From contig NC_042997.1 in NCBI RefSeq assembly GCF_006345805.1, positions 121,148,001-121,212,000 of the forward strand: 64,000 nt of DNA, in the 5' to 3' direction. Source of the DNA: Octopus sinensis (Eukaryota). A program made the translations under genes and the position numbers. This document shows, one piece after another, positions 39,318 to 54,708 of the stretch; the stretch's first letter is position 1, and each line of letters starts with the position of its first letter. The notes under the pieces are model-generated. The model did not search any database. It was not told where the DNA came from and saw only the letters and a list, made by a program, of their open reading frames with translations.

Positions 39318-39754
39318 GAGAGCTGAGAGAGAGAGAGAAAAAAAAAGTAAGTGCTACAAGTTGTATTGACATTAAAAGATAGGGTTTTGTCCCCACTTAA
39401 ATGTGAATGTGGTTTTGCAATACAGGACTCGGCATAATTTACCATGAGGCAACATCTCGTACATAATTTTGGAGCAAAAGGCACATGTGTTTATATCACT
39501 GGCGGGAGATAATCGTCTGCTACCGCCGCCACAACTAGCAGCTCACGTGATTTCGACTTTTATTCAGCTTGTCAATGGTAGCCATCGATTGCTAGACACA
39601 CCACCTATTTTTTGGTCATTGATATACGTAGTATCTCAGTGTCTATTCTGGTAATGGTGTGACAAATAGCTAGTTAGTGTATTAATAAATAACAAGGCCA
39701 AGGAAGGTCGAAATCGCGCGATGCTGTAGTTGCGTGGGTAGTAGCAGACAATTA

Positions 39755-39876
39755 TTTCCAACCAGCGAGTTACGCGTTCAGTCTTACTGCGCGACACTCT
39801 GGGCAAGAGTTCACTATTATAACCTTGGGCCATCAGAACCTTGTGAGTAGATTTTGTAGATGGAAAAAATCACGTC

Positions 39877-39880
<4 letters not shown>
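39755..39880 (+). mobile_element. SINE family 2, decayed 5' half
   Basis: GCGTTCAGTC..CTGGGCAAG..CCTTGTGAGTAGATTTTGTAGATGGAAA..CGTCGT then (TA)n. Confidence 0.6.
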
Positions 39881-39928
<48 letters not shown>

Positions 39929-40099
39929 TCTTGTTTCGCGAAATAATTGTTCGCTTGTTTATCATACATGAGTCAATGAACCTCTTTCACTTGTTCATAA
40001 TTGTTCATTAAGAAACAAAAATGAGTCACTACGCCTCGTACCTTGGTTAAAAACAGAACGAGGTTTCAAACCTCTTATCAAGTCAAAATATTGAGGATT

Positions 40100-40600
40100 T
40101 CCAACGTCTACCCATAGCCCGCTTGTGACTCCGTACCCCGCCATTCTCAAGCACAAAGCGGGTTAAGTTTCGGGGCCGCTCGGCCACAAGCGATATTCTT
40201 CATTGAGCTTCTTCAGCCTTTGCAACACGGGCAAATTTTTGACCTCCACAGCTATCTGCGGAGGCCATTCGGGATCTCGTGTGCAGGTCATCATTGCTTC
40301 CTCATTGTCCTACTACAACACCTTCTCCACCTCTCCGCCAATACGTGGAAAAAAACAAAATTTTATTGCCTTCCTGGCGCTGGCTCGCAAAAATGCCAAT
40401 CTCCTACAGATTTGTCAAATAGCAACCAAATTGTTGAATATACGACACTCCGGGCAATAAACTTCACAGTTGGTAGACAGTCCTTCATCTCTTCTATTAC
40501 TTCTTTGGAAAACACGGCGATGGCGTTGAGAAACTTCGAATATGTTCTCAACACCACCGCCTTCTCCTCTTGCTGTTTAATTCACTCTTAGGGTGGGATA
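40100..40600 (-). pseudogene. Distant LINE ORF1-like relic
   Basis: QQEEKAVVLRTY..KFIARSVVYSTIWLLF parallels EEKQKTIIFKTY..VFLRRGKKFRTVEVRF of the Tx1 ORF1; weak, by eye. Confidence 0.4.
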
Positions 40601-41257
40601 ATCTCCTACTCCAAAATATTCTTTTTCGCCATGCATTTTTTAAACATAAAAATGTTCTCTTAATAGTTCAATAAATATTATGAAAAGTAAAGAATTAAAA
40701 CAAAATCCAAAATGACAGTTAGAAAGAAGACAAGAGAAAAAACATAAAGACAGAAAAGATAAGATCAAAGGAAAAATAAAACAGTTCAACACGACGACAG
40801 TTCTTTGCAATGTCATAGTTCAAATCACTGCAACAGCTTCTTCAAAAATTAAATTCCGACCAACCGGTACTCCTGGCCGTTGTAGTTTCGAAGAAAGGTA
40901 CTCCAGTTGAGTCGGGAACAAAGTAGTAGGAACAAAATATAATTTACCATTAAATGGTAAATACACAACGAAGAAATATTGTTTCTCCACAGCAGCCCCA
41001 AAATTTCCACTGTTTAAGGCGGCAGAGGATCCCCCCACCAAAATATTTCACTTAAAATTGAACAATTTTACGAAACTGTACACAGACCAGAGTCCAGAAT
41101 CCAGTGAAGATTTCTTATTTGTACAAAAAATAATGCAGCAAACAACAAACCCCCATCCACTGGACCCAAAAGACAAAAGTCTTATCTTACAGCTGAGCTT
41201 TTTTCAATCAATATTTCGCCTGCTGTACACCAGCGTGGCGACTTCTGCAGTGTAAGA

Positions 41258-41295
41258 GGAAGCAAGCTTCTTACCAACACAGCAACTCATGTGCT
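41258..41295 (-). mobile_element. SINE family 2 head fragment (A-box half only)
   Basis: GCACATGAGTTGCTGTGTTGGTAAGAAGCTTGCTTCC then unrelated sequence. Confidence 0.55.
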
Positions 41296-41333
41296 TATAT
41301 ATATATATATATATAATATATATATATATATAT

Positions 41334-41380
<47 letters not shown>

Positions 41381-41390
41381 ATATATATAT

Positions 41391-43980
41391 AACTAGAATA
41401 ACTTAGAAAGGTTTTGGCCAGTATTGGCCCAGGCCATGTCTAACTTAATAGCACCACCTGGCGAAGTCTTTCATTCAGGATTTGGACACCAAGGCCCATT
41501 CGAGCAGAGAGTTATTGTTTGCGGAGACATATCCGGGTGTGGGTGGTTTGTCCGGGACTGTTTGAAGGAATTTGTTTGTGTGGTCAGTTTTCTTTTTTCG
41601 TGTCCTGGTGTAATGTTGAAGAGAGCGGGTCCAATTGAGGTGAAATAGTTGTGCCGTATTGTCGTTATGTGATGCGATTTAGATTTTTTGTTGTGGACGG
41701 ATGGCACGTGGTCCAAGCCTTGTATGTATTTTGAAGGTGATTCCAACATCATTCGGACAGTGCTGATGGAATATTTTCCACATCATACAGATAATGTAGC
41801 GTTCACGGGCGTCGTTGGAGTGAATACAATTATCTTCAGCTTCTCTAGTCTACCCCAGTAGTCAAGGTCTGACATGCCATCTATTTTTTTGTGATTGACC
41901 TTTGGGGAGCTTCAATTCTCATAATATTTTGTTTTGTGTAGGGAGACCACAGTGGACAGCAGTATTCAAGGGTGGGTCGGGCAAAAGTGGAGAAGAGAAG
42001 GATAATAGCGTGGGAATCTCTCGACTGGAAGGTTCTGAGAATCCAGGAAACATTCTGCGGCCATGTCAACTTTGCTGCTTATATGTGTAGCCCAGCTTAT
42101 GTTGTTGTCCACTGTTACTACTCCCACGTCTCTGATGTTGTTGGATGCCATGAGAATTTCTCCAGAAGGAAGAAGTATGGGAGTTTCAGAGCGTCCTCCC
42201 TTCCAAAGTGGATCAGTTCGAATTTGTCTTCATTTAGCTACATGTTATTCTTTTTTCCGCCCATTGGACAACAGCCAGTAGGTCTGACTGAAGGTTTATT
42301 CGGTCATCCACGCCATTGATGACCTTCTGGAGCTTGGAATCATCAGCGAAGGTTCTGATGTTACTGTGTTTGATGGTGTCAGTAATATCATTTATGTATA
42401 TGATGAAGAGAAGTGGGCCCAACACAGTGCCTTGTGGGACACCACTGCTGACTTTGGCTGGGCTGGATTTGACTCCTTCGACTACAACATGTTGGGTTTT
42501 GTTAGACAGGAAGCACTTGATCCACTGCAGCAGCTTTCCAGTGACACCAATATTGGACAGCTTTCTCAGAAGGATCTTATGATCAACCCTGTCAAAGGCC
42601 TTGCTGAAATCAAGGTAGATGACATCAGTGTTGGAACCCTCTCCCAAGGCTATCAAAATGTCATCAAAATGATGCAGTAGCTGCGTCAGGCAATCTCTTC
42701 CATTACGGAATCCATGCTGGTTGGGGTTCAGCATATTATGACTCTCAAGGAAATGAGTCATACGCAATTTCAGCACTCTCTCAAATACCTTAATGATATG
42801 AGAGGTGAGTGGGATTGGACGGTAATTCACGGCAAGCGATTTGTTTCCTTTTTGAAAAAACGGGACAACAGACTGGGATAGAAGTCTTCTGGTATATATC
42901 CAGCATCCAGTGAGTTCCGCCACAGATTGGCTAGAGGGGGTGCAAGTTGGTTTTGACACATCTTCAAGACACAAGCAGGAACCTATCGACCCTACTACTG
43001 AATTATGCTTCATTTCCTTTATTGCTGCTAAGACATCAGGAGCGCCAAAGGTTATGTCCGATAAAGTGTATTGGGGAGTAACATCACTGATACAGCCCGA
43101 ATCAGTCATATCAGGATTGCTGAAAATAGAGCAATATTGTTTCTGCAATATCTCTCCCATGGTTTTGGCATTGTCTTGAAGAGTACCATTTTCATCAATC
43201 AGAGGCCAACAGTAGAACCAGTGACTCTGGGTTTTTTTGCAAATGAAAAGAACACTTTGGGATTGAGTTTGATCTTCTCAATGGCCCAGGCCTCTTCAGC
43301 TCTTCGCTGACTATTGATGATAGACATCATGTTGTTTTGGAGTTTATGTTTTTTAATCTCTAGCGACGAGATGGCAGTCAGGTTGGTGTGATGCTGTTGA
43401 CAGTATTTCAGCTTGTTGATCTTTTTGTTAATTCTTTTAATTTTCCTGATGAGAGATTTTCTATTTCTAGGGATTCGACACTTAGGTTTGTTTGCAGATC
43501 TTAATGGGATGTGTCTTGCACATATGTTCATAATGGTGTCTACAAGTGACTGCCAGGAATTTTTGATGTTGGTGGGTGTGTATGTGTGCGTGAAGGACCA
43601 ATCGACTTGTGCAAGATCATTATTGATCGCTTCCCAGTTTGCATTGTGGAAATCCATAGTGTCAAATGGATGAACAGGAGGGATGACATTTGTTTTGCAT
43701 TTTGGCCAGTGAAATCTCAGATCACAGAGAACCATGTCATGGTCGGAGAGTAGGGTTTTCTCCACTGCAATATTGCGGATAGTATCAGTGTGATTGCTGA
43801 AAATTAAGTCTAAGACGTTTTTATGACATCTCGTTGGTTCGAGTACCAGTTGGGACAGGAAGAATCATCCATGAAGTCAAGAAGCGATTCACTGCCTCCT
43901 GTCAGGGGTTGAGAGAGAAGAACCTGGCGGCAGACTGTTTGTAGACCAGTCAACCCCGGGAAGGTTGAAGTCTCCCATCA
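41391..43980 (-). mobile_element. CR1/L2-group LINE, 5'-truncated within the endonuclease
   Basis: MGDFNLP, SDHDMV, YRPIPLTSHIIKVFER, LDFSKAFDRVDH, GVPQGTVLGPLLF, FADDSK, RPTLEYCCPLWSP; 3' end TTCTAAGTTATTCTAGTT; several frameshifts. Confidence 0.92.
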
Positions 43981-44185
43981 ATCCAAACATGAAAACACAA
44001 AGAGAAAACACAACAATGCGAGGACGTGTGACAAGTATAGTGTTATTGGATGCTCAAGAAAGAAAAGAAAGATGGAGGATTTAACGTTTCGAGCGGAGCT
44101 CTTCGTCAGAAACATAGGAAAATGAAAGATCCAAGGAAGAGAAGACAGAGGAAAAATTTGCCAACGATACACACGCGGCCACATA
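43978..44185 (-). mobile_element. Short hammerhead-bearing repeat (Penelope-pLTR-like) abutting the truncated CR1 endonuclease
   Basis: GUUU-CUGACGA-A-GAGC UCC GCUC-GAAAC-GUU^AAAU at 44113-44079. Confidence 0.7.
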
Positions 44186-44213
44186 CACACACACACACAC
44201 ACACATACATATA

Positions 44214-44258
<45 letters not shown>

Positions 44259-45327
44259 ACATATATATATATATACATGTTTGTGTGTATATGTATATAA
44301 ATCCACGTTTCGTATATATTATGAGTAATCTGGATAAAACATTTCAACGTTTTATGTGTGCAAGAATGGCATTTACGGCTTATATTTCTAAGTGTACAGT
44401 ATACACCATGATGTACTTAAACGCGTAGAAACAATTTCTAGGTGCAAAGTATGTTCCTTGTCTTTGAACATGTACATTTCCTGTCAACCTCTCCCCAAAT
44501 ATCTTATCAATTGATTTGAAGGAATTTGCTCTGTTCTCTAATATAATACACGTGTAAGCAGAGAATCCGAGTAATTATTCAGCTTAGTTTCTCCCTGAGA
44601 ATAAAAGCACTCCGTGATTTCTTGATCGATATGTAATGTTATGAATTTGGTATTGTAAAACTGAATAGAAATAAGAGAACAATATATTTTGACTTTCTAT
44701 ATTTCTGAAGTCTAATAAAGAACAGAGAGTAATTTTTAACAAATATATTTTAATTTCCTGCGTCTAGGAATTTCCTTTATTATTTCTAAAGCATTCTGGC
44801 TTCTTTCTTATTTAAATAAATCACAACCACTGTAAGATTGTGAAATATCATTCTTATTTCTATAAATGTTCTCAATATATGATCCACCTAATCGATTATT
44901 CGTGTAAATCATTCATTTCTATTTTCATCTCAGTAGAAATTTTGGCCGACCACCGTTTTTCTTTTTCTTTCTTCATGTGATTCTTGCTATCTAAAGTAGA
45001 TTTATCGATTAGGTTGTTTTGTATTCTACAACTGTAGAACCATTTTAATCGTTATCAAAAAAATAAGTAGAAACACTTACAGTGGCGTTGTTGATCAGAG
45101 TACAGATAATGTTAGAGGTGGCGACGAAAATATTGAAGGAGTGGACTGCCGGCTATTTGCAGCAGTCTTTCTCTACTGTTATATTTCTTAAGAACTAATT
45201 TCGGCTGCGAATGAAGTTGTCTTCTACAGTTTCACAATAGATAAGTACCATAAAATTAATGAGGTCACTTTTATCGACTAGAAACCTCTCCTAAAGTGTG
45301 GTCATATGTCACTGTAACGAGCCGATA

Positions 45328-45363
<36 letters not shown>

Positions 45364-45402
45364 TAATAATAATAATATAATAATAATAATAATAATAATT
45401 AT

Positions 45403-45956
45403 AATGTCCTGATGCAATACTGGTCACTGATGCCCATGGCGTCTGATCTTAACTAATTGAAAATGTTATCATATACATATTTTGACATTGTATAAATGAT
45501 GGGCGAAAGCAATAAGATTGCTTACTACCACAGATGTGCTTATCTGTTGATAGACCTTAACCAGTTGAGCATGTCCTTTGGTGGCTGATGATATATGCAT
45601 CACTGATCACAAGCAGAAGTAGTGGGGGAACATCATAGCAATGTATTAAAAGGAATTATTTGGTGTTTCAATAATTAACTTTCGAAATATGGGTACTTCG
45701 CTCAAAATCCCTAAACAACCCTTATTCGAGGAGCTTTTGAGCACAAGGGGCAACTCGACCTGAAGAAAACTCCATCATCCACCTGCAAGGTCATGCGCTT
45801 ATTATCTTGATACGAGATCACCATGTCTCGAACAAATAGTTGTGGTGCATGTACCTAGTATACCATTATCAGACAGCTAGTCATAATGGATACATTGGGC
45901 TTCGTATATTTGAAACAAAGTGTCACATTATGATGGCATGCTCTGCTCTCTCACTC
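45403..45956. mobile_element. ~555-bp element, copy 1 (older)
   Basis: Same two termini as 53584-54137; preceded by (AAT)n. Confidence 0.8.
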
Positions 45957-46065
45957 AATAATTTGACCATTACAAGGCGGACCTAGTGTTGGTGGACATA
46001 ATGCACAACATTTACAATAAAATTGATGTTGCGTGCCCACGAATTAACAAGAAGCAAGGTGAAAT

Positions 46066-46140
46066 GCCAGGTGGTGCTATTAAGTTAGACATGTCCTGGG
46101 CCAGTACTGGCAAAAACTTTTCTAAGTTATTCTAAGTTAT
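46066..46140 (+). mobile_element. Isolated 75-bp 3' end of the same CR1-group family
   Basis: GCCAGGTGGTGCTATTAAGTTAGACATG..(TTCTAAGTTA)2 matches reverse complement of 41391-41462. Confidence 0.85.
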
Positions 46141-46446
46141 ATATATACACAACACAATTCTCTTAAGTAACAGTCCAGCTAAAGAAAATAAAGTAAGTGA
46201 AGATAATGTCAATTATTGTTGGATCCTTGTGGACAGTATTAGAAGGTACCAAGTGGACTATAAGGGAAATCGGAATTGACTACCAAGTAAAACTGTTACA
46301 TATGTATTAACTCCTTGACATGGACAGAATAATCACGAAGTCATTAATTAACGACAGATAGCATGGTGCATAGGCTGTTGGCAGCATGCCTGCTACGCAT
46401 GCATGGCTCTAAGAGTTCCAACAACACCTGAGTTTAGAAAACACTG

Positions 46447-46473
46447 GAAATAATAATAATAATAATGATAATA

Positions 46474-46520
<47 letters not shown>

Positions 46521-46635
46521 GAAGAAGAGAGAAGAAGAAGAAGAAGAAGAAGAGAGAAGAAGAAGAAGAGAAGAAGAAGAAAGAAGAAGAAGAAGAAGAA
46601 GAAGAAGAAGAAGAAGAAGAAGAAGAAGAAGAAGA
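46447..46635. repeat. Compound (AAT)n(GAA)n microsatellite
   Basis: Seen directly; same compound order at about 51130-51270. Confidence 0.95.
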
Positions 46636-47013
46636 AAAATTGCATATATGATTCCGGGATTGCGTTGTATTGAGGACAATTTTGCAGTGACCGTGAGAAT
46701 AACGAATTCTCCTGTGCGAATATGAGAAGCCACAAAATATTTATCAACCGTACGCATTTATTGTACATTCTGTTTTCCCGTAATGATGGAGAGGATGAAA
46801 GTGTTAGGAGTGAAATGGGCTTTTAATGTCCTGATAGACGATAATGATTTTATAAATAGGCTGTAAACTGTAGTAGCCTTGGTTGTTATTTCTGGCACGT
46901 TTCGGAGACATTGCTGTAATAAACAAAACAGAACCCCCAAAGTTCTTTATGAAATCACATTTTCTCTGAAATCAATGATTACACACCCTCACACACATCA
47001 TACACACATACGC

Positions 47014-47259
47014 GTATATACACGCACATATATAAAAATGTACACATTCACATCCCTCCCCATCTATATATGCATACACACACGTACATATAAATGTATA
47101 TACACGCACATATATAAAAATGTACACATTCACATCCATCCCCATCTATATATGCATACATACACGTACATATTAATGTATATACACGCACATATTTAAA
47201 AATGTACACATTCACATCCCTCGCCATCTATATATGCATACATAGACGTACATGTAAAT
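47014..47259. repeat. Minisatellite, 3 x 82 bp
   Basis: Units start at 47014, 47096 and 47178. Confidence 0.9.
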
Positions 47260-47572
47260 GTGTATGTGTGTGCGTTATTTATATTGATTGCAGAGGCATG
47301 TATATTATAGTACAGTGTGATAGACATCTATACCTGAAAGATTATATGGGAAAGAAATGATTGCTTTTATTAAATAAAGAAATAAAGACTGACAGAGAGA
47401 CAGACAGACAGACAAGCATATATAGGCAAGGAACCGAATCAGATTTTTATGAATATATAGATGTGTCTGTGTGTGTCTGTGTGTGTGTGTGTAAGTGAGC
47501 ATATGTATGTGCGTGTATGCATAAGTATATACATATATATATGTGCATATATGTGTATACACCCCCATATAT

Positions 47573-47622
<50 letters not shown>

Positions 47623-48499
47623 TTAGAAAGAGAGAGAGAGAGAGAAAGAGAGATATTGAACAGGAGAGGGAGATATATAGCAGGGCAATTTAAATATATA
47701 TATATATATGTATGTGTATATATATGTATATGTGCATGTATGTATGTGCATATATATATATGTGTGTGTGTGTGTGTGCGTGCGTGTGTGCGTGCATGCC
47801 TGGGTGCGTGCGTATAGCATTACAATGTGCAGATTATTTTTACTTTCCCGAAAGTAATTCAACGCACTGTCATATTTCTTAAATGATGCGAAGTTATTTC
47901 TCTATTCTTAGATCTTGATATATATTTCTATGACAAGAAAACAAATGAAAAAAAATGATAAACACAGTGAAATATTTCTGTAAAAGAAAAGCTATATATC
48001 AAATGTAACTTCTAAGATACGACAAGGCGCAGACTGCTAGGTTTTAGTTTCTTGTTGTCTCAGTCGAAATAGTATGAAAGCAGTTCAAATATTGATAATC
48101 TGTCTTTATGCGTTATAAAAAGCGAACTATATATAGGGTGGGTCGCTGTTTGGTTTACTTGTATCTTTGAAAAATATTCAATATGGCACATCATTATAAA
48201 TATTGCAACCTATTTTTTCTTCTGATCGATAAATTGTTGAATTCAGTGAAGGAAAACATACCTACATATTAGATTTTTTTCGATATGTTGTAAAAATGAA
48301 ACCTTAACCCTCTTTGACAGACAAGTAATACGTTTATATTCAGATTATTTAAATGAATATTAGGAGTATTGTGTCCTAAAATAATTAACTATAATCCCAC
48401 GGAAAATTCCTAACTGGTAATATTTATGATGTTATTTAGTTTATATGACTGAATATGATTTGTCAGAAAAATGCTGTTTCATTGGAGTGATATTATAGG

Positions 48500-50990
48500 A
48501 ACCCAGTAAATTGAAAAGGAGATTCAATGACAGTTACGTATAGAAAACGCATAGTGTACGGAAAAGTAGCAAACTCATTTGATACTACAGAGCAGAAGAA
48601 TAGTAAAGAGGCAAGATCAACTCGAGGGACGGAATAGTTATCGAAGATTGAGCTTGAATCCAGCAAGCATTACTTTAATGACACTTAGGAAATTATATGG
48701 AACTGAGAGAAAAGGAAAGATGTTGTAATTAAAGAACTAAAACTGCGCCTTTTGACAAAGAGGGGGAATATTAACAAGGTCTAATCGACGAGTAAAGCTA
48801 TGTAGACAAAATAGATTATTCCAAATTAATCAGAATAAATTATATCAAGAAAGAAAGTGAGGCAAACACACAAGAAAATGTTATATCAGAAACAGAAATA
48901 AGTCATATATTTTTGAGTGAACCATAGAGAAAGGTAGAGTGACATATTACTCAGACTATCCCAGCTGAAGAAGGCACTTACTTATAGATATCAAGAAGAA
49001 CGGATAACTACTGGTCGAACAGAACTTTGTTAGAAGGATGCTTCAAAAGAGAATAGAACAGATAGTACTATGTCTCTCGCTGATGTTGCTGCTACTCACT
49101 GGAATAATCGCTGGTGAAATGAATACATTTTTTGAAAATAATTGCAATCTCCATAAGGTTGTAAATGGAATTTCCGTAAAAGCTAAAGCGAGTTATACAA
49201 AGAAAATTGGTGTTGAAAGATTGTAAGAGTAGGTAGACAGATTTCGTAATTGCTTGGATAGATTACCACAAATTTTATGACATACAACTGCAGTAGTGGA
49301 TAGTTGAAATCTTGAAAATGTTTGGATGGCAGAAAAGGTCAAGATTCTTCTGAGAATTTGCATGCTAAGTTGGAAAACTAAGCTATCATGATAGAGACGG
49401 AATCTAGGAGTGTCAAGTATCTAGAGGGTGGAGTCTCAAGGTTAATGTTTGTTTTATGAATGATTACTCTAACACAGCTACTGAGAAAAGTAACATCTGG
49501 ATACGAATTTAAAGAGAAAAAGCAAAATATCAACTTTCTGTTTTATACGAATGATCTCAAGTTGTATGTTATGCTAAAGTCAGCACTTTAGTTAACACGA
49601 TTCTTCGATTTAAAACAAAATGTAATTTGCCAAAAAATATAACGAATAATGCTCTTGAGGAAAGGGAAAGTGAACAATTTTGATAGAATAAATTAACATC
49701 AGTGGAAATCATGGGCTTATTGGAGGTTAATGAAGTGATGGAAGAAGAAATTGCAAAAGATTACAAAAGATTACCTCCGAAGACTGTGCTGCAATCAAAA
49801 ATGAATAGAGAAAATAGGCTTCAGCAGCGTATCAAGCAATCAATATATGGGCGATTGCAGCATTAAATTATGGTGCAGGTATTTTCAATCGGAGAAAAAA
49901 AGGAGATACAAACACTGATCGATGATCAAGAAAACTTCTCAAAATGCACGGAGCATTTCATCCCAAAAGCGATATTGACTGGATTTATCTAACCAGGTAC
50001 AAACATAGGCAAGGACTATTTAGCTATGAGAGTGGTATATGCTTGAGGTGGTCTATAAATATTGCCTTAGAAACTTTACTGGAGCAGGTGAGAATATCTG
50101 GTATAGTCTGGACGGATACTTACGAAGAGACAGAGGAGAATAATAAAAAGGCATAAATTAAACGAAAGTAAATAGATGAGAGAAATGTTTGCGAGAGATG
50201 TGAGCAGATCTTCAAATACCAATGGGAGGTGGCGTTGGTTACAGAAGTATGATTTGAAGTTAAAAGTGGATGCGCTCATCTCTGCTGTGTAGGAACACGC
50301 ACTTATGACAAATTAGACGCGAGGCGAGATTGACAATACAAAAGAATGTGACTAATGCAGGTTTTGTGAAAATAAAGGTAAGACGATACATCATATTGTA
50401 AATGAGTGCACGAAGCTGGGCTAACATAGATACAACAGAATATACAATGATGTTGCTCAAAATTGTTCGCTGAGTGTTTTGCGGCATGTTTTGAGATGAG
50501 CAAAATAGTCTTAAAGCAAAATTTAAGGATTAATCAAGAACCACAATGATAAATACTGAGGGACGTAATGATTAAAGGCCTTCATGAAACTCAACACTGA
50601 AGGCCAGATATATCTATTGTAAATAAAAGGGGGAAAACGTCTTTAATCAGAGATGATGCATGGCTTAATGATGGAAGGGTATCAGAGTGAGAATAAGGGA
50701 AACACATAAAAGGATTTCATGTGGGAAATAAAAGGGCCGTGAGCATTAACGAAGGTCAACGTTATACCTGTTGTTATTGATAGAACCTTGAGTAATATAA
50801 CTCCTAAGTTCACAAACTTGATTGAAAAGATGGGGATAAAGAAAAACACCAATCATATTCAGAAAGCAATATTGCTTCGAGTTGCACGGAATTGTTGAAA
50901 TTTAAATGGAAAATCTGGTTGTAGACAGCAGAAGATTTGCTAAAATCTCTAGGGAAGATGCTGAAGTAAACAAGGATAGTAATAATAATA
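48500..50990 (+). mobile_element. Heavily decayed R4/Dong-clade retrotransposon (RT + CCHC + RLE), ending in (TAA)/(TAG) repeats
   Basis: RQNRLFQINQNKLYQ, LFYTNDLKLY, HGAFHPKSDIDWIYL, CRFC..HHIVNEC, PDISIVNK..D, IQKAILL. Confidence 0.8.
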
Positions 50991-51161
50991 ATGATGATGA
51001 TGATGATGATAACAATAATAATTATAACAATAGTAGTAGTAGTAGTAGTAGTAGTAGTAATAGTAGTAGTAGTAGTAGTAGTAGTAGTAGAAGAAGAACT
51101 AATACTAATAACAACAACAACAATAATAATAACAATAATCATAATATTATTAATAATAATA

Positions 51162-51194
<33 letters not shown>

Positions 51195-51268
51195 GAAGAA
51201 GAAGAGAAGAAGAAGAAGAAGAGAAGAAGAAGAAGAAGAAGAAGAAGAAGAAAGAAGAGAAGAAGAAG

Positions 51269-51763
51269 AAATGCCCTGATGCAGTACCAGGCAGTGACTC
51301 TCGTGGCTTCTGATCTTAACTGATTGGAAGTGTTATCATGTACATTGCTTTGTCTTGGTATACAAGATGGGCTACAGCAAATATCCTGCTCAGTACAACA
51401 GAGTTGCTTGTAAGTGGTTTGACCTTAAGTAGTTCAGCATGTCTCTTGGTGGCTGACGATATGTGCATCTCTGATCATGAGCAGAAGTAGTGGGGGAGTA
51501 TCATAGCCATGTGTTGAAAGGGATTCTTTGGGGTTTCAATAATTCACCTCTGGAAACGAGTGTTTTGTTCAACATCCTTAAACAACCCTTATTCAGGGAC
51601 CTTTTGAGCGGGATGGGTTACTCGGCAAGAAGAAAATTCTAACTAGGCCCAACTGCAAGGTCGTGTACTGTTTATCTTCATATGAGATCATCATTTTGCG
51701 CACATATGGTTGTGATGCATGTGCCTGTGTACCCTTATCAGACGGGTAGTCATGATGGGTATA
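51269..51763. mobile_element. ~555-bp element, copy 2 (right ~60 bp missing)
   Basis: Same left terminus; preceded by (AAT)n then (GAA)n. Confidence 0.8.
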
Positions 51764-51865
51764 ATGTGCGACAAGAGACCTTGTGAGATCTCTGACAACA
51801 AGCTGCTGTCCGCTCTCTCAAAATCAACCTGTGCAAACTAGACCGAGCGCTCTGGGAAGTAAGCC
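51764..51865 (+). mobile_element. Probable 3' end of another TAA-associated element
   Basis: Ends GAGCGCTCTGGGAAGTAAGCC then (AAT)n; family not identified. Confidence 0.35.
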
Positions 51866-51887
51866 AATAATAATAATAATAATAATG

Positions 51888-51941
<54 letters not shown>

Positions 51942-51985
51942 TAATAATAATAATAACAATGCTTTCTAATTGATGTATTAAAAAA

Positions 51986-53330
<1,345 letters not shown>

Positions 53331-53496
53331 TTTTTCATTTTCCTCTTTATTTCTTTTGTTTTCTTTTTTCATTTTTCGATTTTTTTGAAAATGAAGAAGC
53401 TGGTGTGTTTACCCATACATACAAAGAGTTACTTTGCCCTAGGTGTCTAGAAAACACTCGGCAAGAAATGGACCAAAACTGAAAGAAGATGAAGAA

Positions 53497-53583
<87 letters not shown>

Positions 53584-53587
<4 letters not shown>

Positions 53588-54137
53588 GCCCTGATGCAGT
53601 ACCAGGCGGTGGCTCTCATGGCTACTGATCTTAACTGAAGTGTTATCATGTACATTGTTTTGTCTGGGTATACAAGATGGGCTACAGCAAATATTCTGCT
53701 CAATACCACAGATATGCTTGACAGCTGTTTGACCGTAACCAGTTGAGCATGTGCCTTAGTGGCTGACGATATCTGCATCTCTGATCACAAGAATAAGTAG
53801 TGGGGGAGCATCATAGTCATGAGTTGAGAGAGATTCTTTGGGGGTTGAATAATTCACCTCTGGAAACATGGGTGTTTCGTTCAACATCCTTAAACAACCC
53901 TTATTCAGGGACCTCTTGAGCGAGATCGGTTACTCGACCAGGAGAAAATTCTAACTGGGCCCCTACCTGCAAGGTCATGTGCTGTTTATCTTGATATGAG
54001 ATTACCATGTCGTGCACATATGGTTGTGATGCATGTGCTTAGTGTACCCTCATCAGACGGATGGTTATGTTGGATATACTGGGATTCGTATATTTTACCC
54101 CAGTGTCACTTTGATGGCATGCACTGCTCTCTCATTC
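53584..54137. mobile_element. Discrete ~555-bp non-coding interspersed element in (AAT)n, copy 3
   Basis: AAATGCCCTGATGCAGTACC..CTGCTCTCTCATTC with (AAT)n on both sides. Confidence 0.85.
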
Positions 54138-54198
54138 AATAGTAATAATGATGATAATAATAATAATAATAATGATAATAATAATAATAATAATAATG

Positions 54199-54270
<72 letters not shown>

Positions 54271-54286
54271 TAATAATAATATAATA

Positions 54287-54339
<53 letters not shown>

Positions 54340-54352
54340 TAGTAATATAATA

Positions 54353-54399
<47 letters not shown>

Positions 54400-54420
54400 T
54401 AAAATATTATTATTAAAATA

Positions 54421-54637
54421 ATAAAAAAATATTCAGACAAATACATAACAAAAACACCAGGACTTACAAACACATATAACATACAGAAAATTGCACTACT
54501 AGGTACTGCACACATCCTACGCAGAACACTTTCCATACAATAACCATCAGAGCATCACAACAAATCACAGCACATACCCAAGGCACACAGAGCTGCGCTC
54601 GGTAGTGAAGTGAAAGCACGCTATAAAAATAAAACTA

Positions 54638-54640
<3 letters not shown>
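54421..54640 (+). mobile_element. Second, shorter 5'-truncated copy of the same R4/Dong family in (AAT)n
   Basis: Nearly identical to about 52141-52363; (AAT)n on both sides. Confidence 0.9.

Positions 54641-54708
<68 letters not shown>

Noticed and set aside
47014-47259. CRISPR-like array
   Set aside because: Contiguous 82-bp tandem units with no unique spacers, no cas genes, eukaryotic context.
53584-53680. HDV-like or hammerhead ribozyme at the fixed left end of the 555-bp element
   Set aside because: A P1-like (6/7) and a P4-like stem can be drawn, but the L3 CC / P1.1 GG pairing is absent; CUGAUGC lacks the core A and no GAAA follows.
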